Source: an uncultured Bacteroidales bacterium (lineage in GTDB: Bacteria > Bacteroidota > Bacteroidia > Bacteroidales > UBA10428). Taken from it: a stretch of DNA of 64,000 nucleotides. The notes beneath the pieces are model-generated. The model ran no database searches and was not told where the DNA came from. It worked only from the letters and a program-made list of their open reading frames with translations. This document shows, piece by piece, positions 49,087 through 58,926 of this stretch (position 1 is the first letter of the stretch; every line of letters begins with the position of its first letter). The translations under genes and the position numbers were made by a program. Location of the stretch: the NCBI GenBank assembly GCA_964534745.1, contig CAZHQW010000006.1:15233-79232 (forward strand), given 5' to 3'.

Positions 49087-52000
49087 ATGAATAAATTCTT
49101 TGTTTGCATATTCATCTTTCTTTTTTTACAGGCTCATATTTTATTTTCCCAGACCCGCGGCATATCAGGAAAAGTTATCAGCTCCGAGGACAGCCTGGGA
49201 CTTCCCGGTGTAACCGTATTAGTAAAGGGCACCGGTATAGGTACTATTACAGATATTGAAGGTAATTACCTGCTTGAAATTTCAGATGAAGCTGACTCCC
49301 TTGTATTCAGCTTCGTAGGCATGCAATCGCGTGTGGTAGGTGTGTCAGGTAAAAACATAATAAATGTTACATTAAGTCCTCAGTTATATGAAGTAAATGA
49401 AGTGGTTGTCACTGCGCTGGGAATAAAACGGGCGAGCAAGGCTCTCGGTTATTCTGCTACAAGTGTTTCAAGCAAGGACCTGACCGAGGGAAGGGACAGA
49501 AGCATGCTTAACTCGCTCCAGGGAAAGGTTGCGGGTGTTAATATCAGCTCCGCTTCGGGTGCTCCCGGTGCTTCGTCAAGGATACTGCTTCGCGGGATAT
49601 CAACTCTGGGAGGTTCGAACCAGCCTCTTTTTATTATTGACGGCGTACCTGTTAACAACAGCTTTACAGGCAGCACCTCCATCAACGGAGGCACTGACTT
49701 CGGCAATAAGATTAACGATCTTAATCCAGATGACATTGAGAACATATCTATACTTAAAGGGGCTTCCGGTTCGGCACTTTATGGGTCAAGGGCCGCCAAC
49801 GGTGTAATAATAATCACTACCAAAAAGGGCGAGCAGCTTAAAGAAAAAAAATCTGAAATTACGGTCTCAAGTTCAGCAAGATTTGAAGAGCCGTTGCGGA
49901 CAGTGAAGTACCAGAACGAATTCGGACAGGGGGTGTACGGAGATGCTGTCAACTACGAAAACATGAGCTGGGGTCCGGCATTCGATGATAAGCTGCACTA
50001 CTGGGGCTACGAGGTAGATAATACGCTCAGGGTCAAACCTTATATCGGACTTGCCAATAATGTCAGGGAATTCTTCGATACAGGCGAAAACTATAGCAAT
50101 TCCATCTCCATATCAGGCGGCAATGAACAGACGACATACTATATATCTTACTCAAATATCATGCATGACGGTATATTTCCGACAAATTCAGACAGCTATA
50201 ACAGGCATACACTCTCAGCCAGGGGCACTCACATAACTTCATCACGGCTGAGCAGCTCCTATTCGATAAACTACATAAAAAAGAACAACAAATCCGTTCC
50301 GACCGGACAGGGTGAAAACTCTGTTTACAACCAGGTAATGCAAACACCAAGGGATATTAGCCTGCTGGAGCTTGAAGATATCGACAGTAAATGGAATAAC
50401 ATTGACAATTATTACTCTTTATATACTGTAAATCCTTATTTTATCCTCAAGAGAAACGGGAATACAAACAACGAAGACAGGGTATACGGAAGCATTGACA
50501 TTGATTACATAATCAGCGGGCCTCTTTCACTTAAGGCGAGGCTGGGAGGAGATGTTTCAAATGAGCAGTTAAAACAATGGCGTGCCGTTATCGAACCGGG
50601 GGGCAATAATGAGTTTTCTGCCATATATGAACCGGGCAGCGTAGGTGAGGGATCAAGTTACGTAATGCAGCTGAACAGCGATATCCTGCTGAACTATAAT
50701 AAGGAATTCGGGGATTTCGCAGTTGATGCCATAATAGGCCATAACCTGAACCAGAGAACAGGAAAAAGCATATCGGCTTCGGTAAATAATCTTACAATAC
50801 CGGGGTTCTTCCAGCTTAAGAACTCGTCCGAAACTCCCTTTGCCAGCGAAAGCTACGTGAAACGCAGACTTATTGGTGTCTTTACCAGCCTCGATTTGTC
50901 CTATAAAAGCATACTGTTTGTCACCACGACGGCAAGAAATGACTGGAGCTCAACCCTGCCCCTTGAAAACAACTCATTCTTCTATCCCGGGATAAGTGCT
51001 TCTCTTATATTTACCGAATTATTTCCTTCGGTCAGGAAACGCTTTCCATACGGCAAGCTTAGGGCTGCACTGACCAGGGTAGGTAACGATGCCCCTGTTT
51101 ACAGTATACACTCCGTATTTGTTACAGGAGGCCACTCGGACGGGTACGGATATTTGAGATATCCTCTGCCAAACGGTGTGAACTCATATGAGGTTAGTAA
51201 TCTTATAGGAAATGAAGAGCTGAAGCCGGAGCTCACTACCGAGTTTGAAGTGGGTACCGACCTGAGATTCTTCAATAACCGAATAGGTATCGATTTATCG
51301 TATTATGATAAAAACACTACAAATCTTATCTGGCCGGCGCCGCTGCCATCTTCGTCGGGATATACATCAAAGACTGTCAACCTGGGCAAGATGACCAACA
51401 AGGGTGTCGAAGCCCTGCTTAACCTCACTCCGGTTCAGCATGGCCGCCTCCAGTGGGATATATCATTTAATTTCACTAAGAACCATAATGAGCTTGTGGA
51501 GCTGACAGAGGGACTGGACAGGATTGAAATAACCGGATTAGGTGTTGAAGGGGGACAGCAGATAAATTTTATTGCCAAGCCGGGACGGACCGTTGGCATA
51601 TTTGAAGGACGTGAAGCAAAACGTGATGATCAGGGCAGGATTGTGGTGGATAATACGGGACTTCCTGTGGCTGCGGATTCACTCGTCGAATACGGGGACA
51701 GGGAGTACGATTTTATTGCCGGTGTCAATACTAAGCTGTCATGGAGAGGCCTGTCAATATCGGGTACAGTCGACATAAGACAGGGAGGAATTATGTATTC
51801 AAAGACAAAGGAGATCTCAGTGTGGGCAGGTACCGTACCCATTACCCTGTATAATATGAGAGAACCTTTTATCATACCCAATTCGGTATATGAAATAAGG
51901 AGAGACGAGAATAATGAACCGGTATACGCCGAGAATACAATTCCCATAGATGCGGTTCACCTGGGTGATTACTGGGATAACGGAGGCACTGAGATGGATG

Positions 52001-52269
52001 GCCATGTTTTCATTGACAAATCATATGTAAAGCTGAGGGAAGTTATTGTATCATATACCTTTCCTGGAAAAATGATGGACAGGCTGCCGATAGAAACATT
52101 GCAGCTTAGTGTAATAGGAAGGAACCTGTTGCTGTGGACACCTGAAGGCCAGTATTATATTGATCCCGAACTTACAACTTTCGGAAATGATCTGGAGGCT
52201 GACTTTGGTGAATTTGGCGCACAGCCTACAGTCAGAAGCGTTACTTTCAGCATCATGTTTACCTTTTGA
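49087..52269 (+). CDS. SusC/RagA-family TonB-dependent outer membrane transporter
   Basis: ISGKVISSEDSLGLPGVTVLVKGTGIGTITDIEGNYLL, plug ALGYSATSVS...LQGKVAGVN...LRGIST, C-terminal ...VTFSIMFTF. No STN domain. Paralogous to 37765-40998. Confidence 0.92.
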   Translation: MNKFFVCIFIFLFLQAHILFSQTRGISGKVISSEDSLGLPGVTVLVKGTGIGTITDIEGNYLLEISDEADSLVFSFVGMQSRVVGVSGKNIINVTLSPQLYEVNEVVVTALGIKRASKALGYSATSVSSKDLTEGRDRSMLNSLQGKVAGVNISSASGAPGASSRILLRGISTLGGSNQPLFIIDGVPVNNSFTGSTSINGGTDFGNKINDLNPDDIENISILKGASGSALYGSRAANGVIIITTKKGEQLKEKKSEITVSSSARFEEPLRTVKYQNEFGQGVYGDAVNYENMSWGPAFDDKLHYWGYEVDNTLRVKPYIGLANNVREFFDTGENYSNSISISGGNEQTTYYISYSNIMHDGIFPTNSDSYNRHTLSARGTHITSSRLSSSYSINYIKKNNKSVPTGQGENSVYNQVMQTPRDISLLELEDIDSKWNNIDNYYSLYTVNPYFILKRNGNTNNEDRVYGSIDIDYIISGPLSLKARLGGDVSNEQLKQWRAVIEPGGNNEFSAIYEPGSVGEGSSYVMQLNSDILLNYNKEFGDFAVDAIIGHNLNQRTGKSISASVNNLTIPGFFQLKNSSETPFASESYVKRRLIGVFTSLDLSYKSILFVTTTARNDWSSTLPLENNSFFYPGISASLIFTELFPSVRKRFPYGKLRAALTRVGNDAPVYSIHSVFVTGGHSDGYGYLRYPLPNGVNSYEVSNLIGNEELKPELTTEFEVGTDLRFFNNRIGIDLSYYDKNTTNLIWPAPLPSSSGYTSKTVNLGKMTNKGVEALLNLTPVQHGRLQWDISFNFTKNHNELVELTEGLDRIEITGLGVEGGQQINFIAKPGRTVGIFEGREAKRDDQGRIVVDNTGLPVAADSLVEYGDREYDFIAGVNTKLSWRGLSISGTVDIRQGGIMYSKTKEISVWAGTVPITLYNMREPFIIPNSVYEIRRDENNEPVYAENTIPIDAVHLGDYWDNGGTEMDGHVFIDKSYVKLREVIVSYTFPGKMMDRLPIETLQLSVIGRNLLLWTPEGQYYIDPELTTFGNDLEADFGEFGAQPTVRSVTFSIMFTF

Positions 52270-52296
52270 TAGTTAAGAGCATTGTTAATAAAAAAT

Positions 52297-53820
52297 ATGA
52301 GAAAATATTTTAAAATACAAAGTGCCGCAGCGCTGCTTATTGCCGCAGGGCTAATTTTCATATCCTGCGAGGACTGGCTTGACATTAACAGGGACCCGAA
52401 TAATCCGGAAGAAGCCAATGAAGAGCTTACACTGGCTGCAGGAATATCATCACTCGCTTATGTATACGGCGGCAGATACCAGGTACTGGGAGCATTATGG
52501 TCACAGCACTGGACCCAGTCCCTCGGCGCCTCACAATATTCCGGACTTGATTCCTATGATATTAATAGCAGCACCTATGATAACAGGCAGTTTGGCGAAC
52601 TTTATTCAGGGGCTCTTATGAACCTCGAATATATCAAAAACCTGGCCCACCGGAACGGGAACTGGAACTACTACCTCGTGGCCACGGTCCTTCAGGCATA
52701 TACATACCAGCTCCTTGCCGACCTGTACGATCAGATACCTTTTTCAGAAGCATTGAAAGGTGATCAGGGAATCGTTGCACCGCACTATGAAAACGGACAG
52801 GATATTTATGACAGCCTTATTGCCAGGATTGACTTTGCCCTGTCCAGGGATTTTGACAGCGACGAACTGGAAGATATAGGAGCCGACGACATACTTTTCG
52901 CAGGTGATATGGGCAGGTGGGAAGAATTTGCCAATTTACTGAAGCTCAAAATATATTTAAGGCAGCTCTATGCAAGGCCGGAAATGGCCAGGGCGGGCAT
53001 CGAAGCATTGTATGATGATCCCGATGTAAAATTCCTGACAACAAGTGCTGCCATGACCCAGTTTACTGACGAGACAGGCCGAAGAAATCCGCTCTATGAA
53101 ACAGAGATAATGTTTCTCGGCAATAACCCGAACCTGGTACTCAGTGAAACACTACTGAGCTTCATGAATGACAAGGGTGACCTGGAGAGGCTTGATGCCC
53201 TGTTCGACTTCCCCGAGAGCGGAGGGGGACATAAGGGCCTGATCCAGGGAAACTACAACGATCCTGATGAACCTACGGGCACCAACAGCTCGAGCTACTC
53301 CAAGCCCATATTTTCTCCCTATGACCCTGTATACCTTATCTCATCGTCAGAAGCATATCTTCTCCAGGCTGAGGCTATAATAAGGTATGATGTCAGACCC
53401 TATACCGATGCAAGGGAAATGTATGAAAATGCTATAGAAGCATCATTTCAGAGGCTGGGACTGGCGAATGGTGAAGAATACTACGAGCCGGGCGACGAGT
53501 ATGAGTTTCCTGCCGAAGGCAGTCCCCTGGAGACATTTATCGAATCCATAATAGTGCAGAAGTGGCTGGCCCTGGCCAACATCCAGAGCCTCGAAACATT
53601 CCTGGAACATAACCGTACCCATTACCCTAAAGTTAGTCCGGTCCCCGCAGATGACGGTGATTACGTGCCGGGAGAATTTACAGTTTCTGTGAATAATGTG
53701 ACCAGCGGACGCTTCCCGAAAAGGCTTATTTTCCCCGAATCAGAATATTCGGGAAATCCGAATACACCGCCAAAAAAGCAGGTGTATGAAAAGGTATGGT
53801 GGGATAAAAAAACTGATTAA
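52297..53820 (+). CDS. SusD/RagB-family nutrient-binding lipoprotein
   Basis: Lipobox LIFISCEDWLDINRDPNNPEE. I prefer the ATG at 52297 over the ORF-track TTG at 52282. Confidence 0.85.
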   Translation: MRKYFKIQSAAALLIAAGLIFISCEDWLDINRDPNNPEEANEELTLAAGISSLAYVYGGRYQVLGALWSQHWTQSLGASQYSGLDSYDINSSTYDNRQFGELYSGALMNLEYIKNLAHRNGNWNYYLVATVLQAYTYQLLADLYDQIPFSEALKGDQGIVAPHYENGQDIYDSLIARIDFALSRDFDSDELEDIGADDILFAGDMGRWEEFANLLKLKIYLRQLYARPEMARAGIEALYDDPDVKFLTTSAAMTQFTDETGRRNPLYETEIMFLGNNPNLVLSETLLSFMNDKGDLERLDALFDFPESGGGHKGLIQGNYNDPDEPTGTNSSSYSKPIFSPYDPVYLISSSEAYLLQAEAIIRYDVRPYTDAREMYENAIEASFQRLGLANGEEYYEPGDEYEFPAEGSPLETFIESIIVQKWLALANIQSLETFLEHNRTHYPKVSPVPADDGDYVPGEFTVSVNNVTSGRFPKRLIFPESEYSGNPNTPPKKQVYEKVWWDKKTD

Positions 53821-53826
53821 AGAAGA

Positions 53827-54492
53827 ATGCCTATGAGACCCTGTATTTATATATACTTGCTTATTACTTCAGTACTCCTGTTAAACAGTTGTGACAGGTG
53901 GGACGAGACAGCCGACATTTCCCACGAGTCTTCCCTGCCGCAGTTTAACATGACCGGAGGCGAATACATATCTTTTATCCGGAGCGACAGCGGGGAGTTT
54001 AAAGATCCGGGCGTAGAGGTTACGGTGCAGGGCAAAAAAGTAAACTGGTACTATTTGTACATTCCCGATATAGACCTTAGCGCTCCCGGAATATATATCA
54101 TTTCCTATTATGCCGAGAACAGTGAAGGTTTCTCCAGGATAGCGGACAGGACAGTTGCCGTTACTTATGAAGATATCAGCGAAAATGACCTGTCCGGCAC
54201 CTATGAAGGAACCCTATGGGAGCCTCTTGTCAGGTCAAAGGTTAAGAAGATAAATGACGAGGGATTCTATAAATGTGAAGATGTGCTGGGATACCCGGGC
54301 TATTCTATGCCGGGAAAATTTGTCGACCTCGGGGAAAATACTCTTATACTCCTGCCCGGCGAGGGTTATTTCGGAAATTATGATGTGTCTGAAGGCAGCT
54401 ATTCGGGACGTATTCTTTCGTGGTCCGTAATTTTCCTGGATCCGCCCAATAAAGGAATAGAAATACCTGTTACATGGAGAAAAATAGAATAA
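53827..54492 (+). CDS. Hypothetical lipoprotein with N-terminal Ig-like module
   Basis: Lipobox LLLNSCDRW. PQFNMTGGEYISFIRSDSGEFKDPGVEV...APGIYIISYYAENSEG resembles an Ig-like (DUF5011-type) module. Confidence 0.45.
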   Translation: MPMRPCIYIYLLITSVLLLNSCDRWDETADISHESSLPQFNMTGGEYISFIRSDSGEFKDPGVEVTVQGKKVNWYYLYIPDIDLSAPGIYIISYYAENSEGFSRIADRTVAVTYEDISENDLSGTYEGTLWEPLVRSKVKKINDEGFYKCEDVLGYPGYSMPGKFVDLGENTLILLPGEGYFGNYDVSEGSYSGRILSWSVIFLDPPNKGIEIPVTWRKIE

Positions 54493-54502
54493 AACGGATA
54501 AA

Positions 54503-55087
54503 ATGAAAAACCGTAACGCTGAACATATACAAAATAACATAATATTAAGGAATGATATTACCAGTTTATTGTCTTCCCTCTTAATACTCTTTACAGTGCT
54601 GGTTTTAAGCTCATGCGAAGATGATAGCTATACTATAGAATATCAGGACGGCTATCCGAATGAGCTGGCAGGCAACTGGAGGGCAATTGAATTTCAGAAT
54701 GCGACAGTAGTAAATGACCTGATAACCGATGCTGATAATATTTCAGATTTTTTTGACCTTGTTACGGCCCTGGACCCTAATAGTGAAGACAGCCTGGTAA
54801 TAGACAATATCTACAACTCAAATATAAGGATCAAGGTTTATTACCAGAATAATACATTCAGTGTAACAAAGGGAAGGCAGCTTGAAGTTATTAACCACGG
54901 ACAATATGATATTTATTATGTTTCGGTAAATGGCAAATATATTATTGACGAAGAATACGGGGATTACATGGCCATGCATATCGGACTCTATGACAAATAT
55001 TCGGCATTGTTCGATACTATGTATGTAGTGGCATTCAGAAAAACAGGATTTGAAGATGTCGACTATGAAAGCCTGCTGGCTTATTAA
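54503..55087 (+). CDS. Hypothetical lipoprotein (lipocalin-like size)
   Basis: Lipobox VLVLSSCEDD. 194 aa. No secure family assignment. Confidence 0.4.
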   Translation: MKNRNAEHIQNNIILRNDITSLLSSLLILFTVLVLSSCEDDSYTIEYQDGYPNELAGNWRAIEFQNATVVNDLITDADNISDFFDLVTALDPNSEDSLVIDNIYNSNIRIKVYYQNNTFSVTKGRQLEVINHGQYDIYYVSVNGKYIIDEEYGDYMAMHIGLYDKYSALFDTMYVVAFRKTGFEDVDYESLLAY

Positions 55088-55126
55088 GACATTATGTTAT
55101 TGAATAAAACTGAAAATTAGTGCCGT

Positions 55127-58100
55127 ATGAAAAAGCTTGTGTTCAAATTATTGATATTCATCCTGTTACCAGCAATGATAATTGGAGCTGCAGTTAAACT
55201 TGCGGTGTACAATTCACGAAAATACATAAGCTCCAGGGAGCTGGGCTTTGATAAGCCGGGAGAATTCTTCAAGTATTACAGCGAGATAACAACCCCCTTT
55301 GGCAAACAAGAGTCCGGTTATTCAACCAGTTACAGGTTCGAGGAGTTTAAAAAAGCTAAAAGGAAATCAAAGAAATTCAAAAGCACACAAGACATCTACC
55401 CGTGGGTTCAGCGCGGCCCAGGAAATGTCGGGGGACGGACAAGGGGACTGGTGGTTGATCCCGATGATGCTACGCACCAAACATGGTACGCGGGCTCAGC
55501 AAGCGGTGGTATATGGAAAACGTCCGATGCAGGAAGTACGTGGGTTAACCTTACTGAGGATCTTCCCAACCTTTCAACTTCCACTATTACAATGGCAGAA
55601 TCAAACCACAATATTATCTATGCAGGAACGGGCGAGGGATTTGCAGGATGGGGCATGGTCGCCGGCAATGGAATATTCAAAAGCACTGACCGGGGAAATA
55701 CATGGGAGCACCTGAGCTCAACAGTTTCCAACAAGGACTTCCAGTATGTTAACAAGATACTTGTAGACCCCGGCGATGCGGATATTGTAATTGCCGGGAC
55801 AAACAGAGGCATTTTAAAATCAACTGACGGCGGCCAAACATGGATTGAGGTTTATAACGAAGGTTATGCCGTGCAGGACCTGGTTGCTGATCCCTACGAC
55901 TTTAACACACTATATGCCGGAGCCAATTCACTGGGGATATTGAAATCGGAAGATGCAGGTGACACATGGTTCCATTCTTACAATGGTATAGGCGAGGGTG
56001 ACAGGTTCCAGCTGGCAATATCAAGGTTAAATCCGAATAAAATATATACCTGTGTTGAGGCATTTGACCGCGAGCAGGTAGGTACAGGAATCTATAAGAC
56101 TCATATCTATGTGTCGGGGGACAAGGGCCAGAGCTGGAGCAGGTACATCTGTCCCTATAATTTCCTGGGAGAACAGGGATGGTTTAATAATATAGTCGAA
56201 GTTCACCCCTTTAACGACAACATAATCTATGTAGGTGGCGTCAACCTGGGCAAAATAGAGATCAAAAGCGGTTTAAGCACAAGTGATCCCCAGGTTATAC
56301 GTGTTGACACATTCGGTACAGCCGGATTTATGAGCTTTGTAAATTTTGGCGGGGACTATTTTGATGGTGCCCTGGCTACAGGTGATAAAGAAGACGGGCA
56401 GGAGATCCTGTCCAGCGACTGGGTACCGGTAGAGATAAGGTTCGGACCGGGAAGATCGCAGAAAGCACACAGGTTTACCGTTCCCGAAGGCGAAGGTGCC
56501 GGAGTACCATATGAAGATTATTCTTACCGGGATTACATAGAGGTCCCTTTTGAAGTGTGGGATACTGAAAATAACAGGCAGCTTATGGTATCATTCCGCG
56601 ACCAGGAAAGGGACGGCGAATTTAACCTTATTGAGAGGGATGCTGATGATGACATATCTGGGCGTGAATATATATTTGTCAATGCAGTTGCCTATAACGA
56701 TGCCACACCGCATTCGAAGATTGCCATTGACGGGGGATATACGTACAAACAGCTCTACTTCTTCTGGCCCTATCTGCCCCTGGATTCGACATGGAATCCC
56801 TCTGCCCTGCCCGAGTCAAAAATAAGAATACAGTACGGGAACTTTTCGCTGGTTAATGAACAGAGTGCTGTTACCGTGCTGGTTGATGACCGAAAAAACA
56901 GTGACCTCCATGTTGACCACCACGAATTCATAATGATAGTTACCGACGAAGAGAATGAGAAATTTACAATACTGGAAGCAAATGACGGGGGACTGGGCAT
57001 CTCGTATGATGAAGGAAAAACATGGGCACAGATTGATAACGGGTATATTACAACACAGTTTTATGGCGTTGCAAAAAAACCGGGTGCCCATGAATATATC
57101 GGGGGCATGCAGGACAACGGGACATGGCAGTCTCCTGCAGGCAAAAGTGCCACCACTGCTTCAGAATATGATGATAAAATAGGAGGCGACGGCTTTGAAG
57201 CATTATGGCACCCCCTGTATCCGCACAGGATTATAGGCAGTGCCTATTACAACAGGTTTTATGTCAGCAACGACGGTGGTGAGACATGGAAAAGAGCCTA
57301 TAACGGCATAAACGAGGACGGACCCTTTATTTCAAAATTATCACACTCAAGAGCCAAACCCGACGTTCTGTTCGCTGTGGGCAGCAAAGGAGTATACAGG
57401 CATAATAACTTCGGGATGGGCCGCTATGACTGGGAGCTTATAAAGATTAAAAAGGGATGGACAATAAATGACATGGTATCAAGTACTCACAATGTTGAGG
57501 TTTCCCTTGCCACCGACTCTATAGTATGGGCCGGATGCGGAATGTATGCCGACCCTGACCTGCATATATTCGTATCGACAGACGGGGGTGACAGCTTTGA
57601 TTCCGTGCCTAACTTCAAGGAAACAGAACTGGGATATATCTCCGGCATCGCCACACATCCTTTTGATCCGCAGACTGCCTATGTATTATTCTCATACCAA
57701 GATAAACCAAAGATACTGAGAACTACCAACCTTGGGAAGGACTGGGAGGACATCAGCGGCTTCGTGGATAAGGACTCAAGTGATAACGGTTTTCCTGATG
57801 TAATGGTCTATTCCCTGCTGGTCATGCCTTTCAATACAGACATAATATGGGCAGGTACAGAAATCGGATTATTTGAATCTGTTGATAACGGTGAAACATG
57901 GTACTATGCTGATAACGGACTCCCTGCTGTTTCGATTTGGCAGATGTTTATCCAGGATAATAATATCATTGTCGCGACCCATGGCCGCGGCATATGGTCG
58001 CTTGACCTTAATATGGTCAATATAAAAGATAATATTGCCGGTGCCAGTGATTTTACTGCCAAAGTATATCCGAATCCCTGTAATGGCATATTTAACATTG

Positions 58101-58303
58101 AAATTGAAAATGATTATACAGGAGAACTCCGGTTTAAATTATTTGATGTCAGCGGCCGGCAGGTTGCCAGCTTCAATAGCAATAAACCAGCGCGCCATTA
58201 TAAATCCTCCTTTAACGCAGGAACCCTGAAAACCGGCACCTATGTGCTCCATACAACAATGGGCAATAAGACTTCAACAAAAAAATTGATTATCAGAAAA
58301 TAA
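55127..58303 (+). CDS. BNR/Asp-box repeat (sortilin/VPS10- or GH74-like) double-propeller protein with T9SS C-terminal sorting domain
   Basis: Repeated Asp-boxes (SDAGSTW, STDRGNTW, STDGGQTW, SGDKGQSW, SYDEGKTW, SNDGGETW, STDGGDSF, SVDNGETW). WVQRGPGNVGGRTRGLVVDP start. CTD KVYPNPCNGIFNIEI...GTYVLHTT at 58061-58300. Confidence 0.8.
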   Translation: MKKLVFKLLIFILLPAMIIGAAVKLAVYNSRKYISSRELGFDKPGEFFKYYSEITTPFGKQESGYSTSYRFEEFKKAKRKSKKFKSTQDIYPWVQRGPGNVGGRTRGLVVDPDDATHQTWYAGSASGGIWKTSDAGSTWVNLTEDLPNLSTSTITMAESNHNIIYAGTGEGFAGWGMVAGNGIFKSTDRGNTWEHLSSTVSNKDFQYVNKILVDPGDADIVIAGTNRGILKSTDGGQTWIEVYNEGYAVQDLVADPYDFNTLYAGANSLGILKSEDAGDTWFHSYNGIGEGDRFQLAISRLNPNKIYTCVEAFDREQVGTGIYKTHIYVSGDKGQSWSRYICPYNFLGEQGWFNNIVEVHPFNDNIIYVGGVNLGKIEIKSGLSTSDPQVIRVDTFGTAGFMSFVNFGGDYFDGALATGDKEDGQEILSSDWVPVEIRFGPGRSQKAHRFTVPEGEGAGVPYEDYSYRDYIEVPFEVWDTENNRQLMVSFRDQERDGEFNLIERDADDDISGREYIFVNAVAYNDATPHSKIAIDGGYTYKQLYFFWPYLPLDSTWNPSALPESKIRIQYGNFSLVNEQSAVTVLVDDRKNSDLHVDHHEFIMIVTDEENEKFTILEANDGGLGISYDEGKTWAQIDNGYITTQFYGVAKKPGAHEYIGGMQDNGTWQSPAGKSATTASEYDDKIGGDGFEALWHPLYPHRIIGSAYYNRFYVSNDGGETWKRAYNGINEDGPFISKLSHSRAKPDVLFAVGSKGVYRHNNFGMGRYDWELIKIKKGWTINDMVSSTHNVEVSLATDSIVWAGCGMYADPDLHIFVSTDGGDSFDSVPNFKETELGYISGIATHPFDPQTAYVLFSYQDKPKILRTTNLGKDWEDISGFVDKDSSDNGFPDVMVYSLLVMPFNTDIIWAGTEIGLFESVDNGETWYYADNGLPAVSIWQMFIQDNNIIVATHGRGIWSLDLNMVNIKDNIAGASDFTAKVYPNPCNGIFNIEIENDYTGELRFKLFDVSGRQVASFNSNKPARHYKSSFNAGTLKTGTYVLHTTMGNKTSTKKLIIRK

Positions 58304-58315
58304 ATCAACAATTAT

Positions 58316-58323
58316 TATATTTG
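58316..58323 (+). promoter_or_regulatory. -7 box (TATATTTG) upstream of cysC
   Basis: Exact TAnnTTTG match. It overlaps the ORF-track TTG start at 58321, which argues for the ATG at 58348. Confidence 0.45.
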
Positions 58324-58347
58324 CAACTCCGGATAATTTGCAACAGA

Positions 58348-58923
58348 ATGATAAATGGGCTGACACAGGATAAGGAAAGGCTTTTAAATCAGCGTGCCAG
58401 GGTTATATGGATGTCGGGACTGTCTGGTGCCGGAAAAACAACAATAGCAAGAGGACTCGAAAAAGAACTGCTGAAAAAGGGTTATTTGTCGCAGGTAATA
58501 GACGGTGATGACCTGAGAGCCGGACTGAATAAAAACCTGGGCTTCTCAAATGAAGACAGGAAAGAGAACCTCAGAAGGATTGCAGAAATTTCCAGGCTTT
58601 TTATAAATTGCGGTGTTATTACTATAAATTCTTTTATCAGTCCGACTCACGAGGTACGCAGCATGGCAAAATCGATAGTCGGCGAAGATTATTATGTTGA
58701 AGTATTTATCAATGCCCCCCTGGAGGTCTGTGAGCAAAGAGACAACAAAGGATTATACAGGAAGGCAAGACAGGGATTGATAAAAGATTTTACAGGCATA
58801 GATTCTCCTTTTGAGCCTCCCCTGAACGCCAATATTGAAATAAAAACAGACAGGCTGACAATAAAGGAAAGTGTTGATAAACTGTTATCTTATATATTAC
58901 CACTTGTTGAGCACAAAAAATAA
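58348..58923 (+). CDS. cysC: Adenylyl-sulfate (APS) kinase
   Basis: P-loop GLSGAGKTT, DGDDLRAGLNKNLGFS, ENLRRIAE. Confidence 0.9.
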   Translation: MINGLTQDKERLLNQRARVIWMSGLSGAGKTTIARGLEKELLKKGYLSQVIDGDDLRAGLNKNLGFSNEDRKENLRRIAEISRLFINCGVITINSFISPTHEVRSMAKSIVGEDYYVEVFINAPLEVCEQRDNKGLYRKARQGLIKDFTGIDSPFEPPLNANIEIKTDRLTIKESVDKLLSYILPLVEHKK

Positions 58924-58926
58924 AAT

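Noticed and set aside
58321-58347. The TTG start proposed by the ORF track for cysC. Analogous TTG starts occur at 27235 (nitroreductase), 52282 (SusD), 62433 (CBM9-like) and 43668 (ASST-like).
   Set aside because: At 58321 and 27235 the TTG sits inside an exact TAnnTTTG -7 promoter box, so it would not be transcribed as coding sequence. In the other cases a downstream ATG or GTG yields a canonical signal peptide or lipobox spacing. These are revised start calls, not biological oddities.
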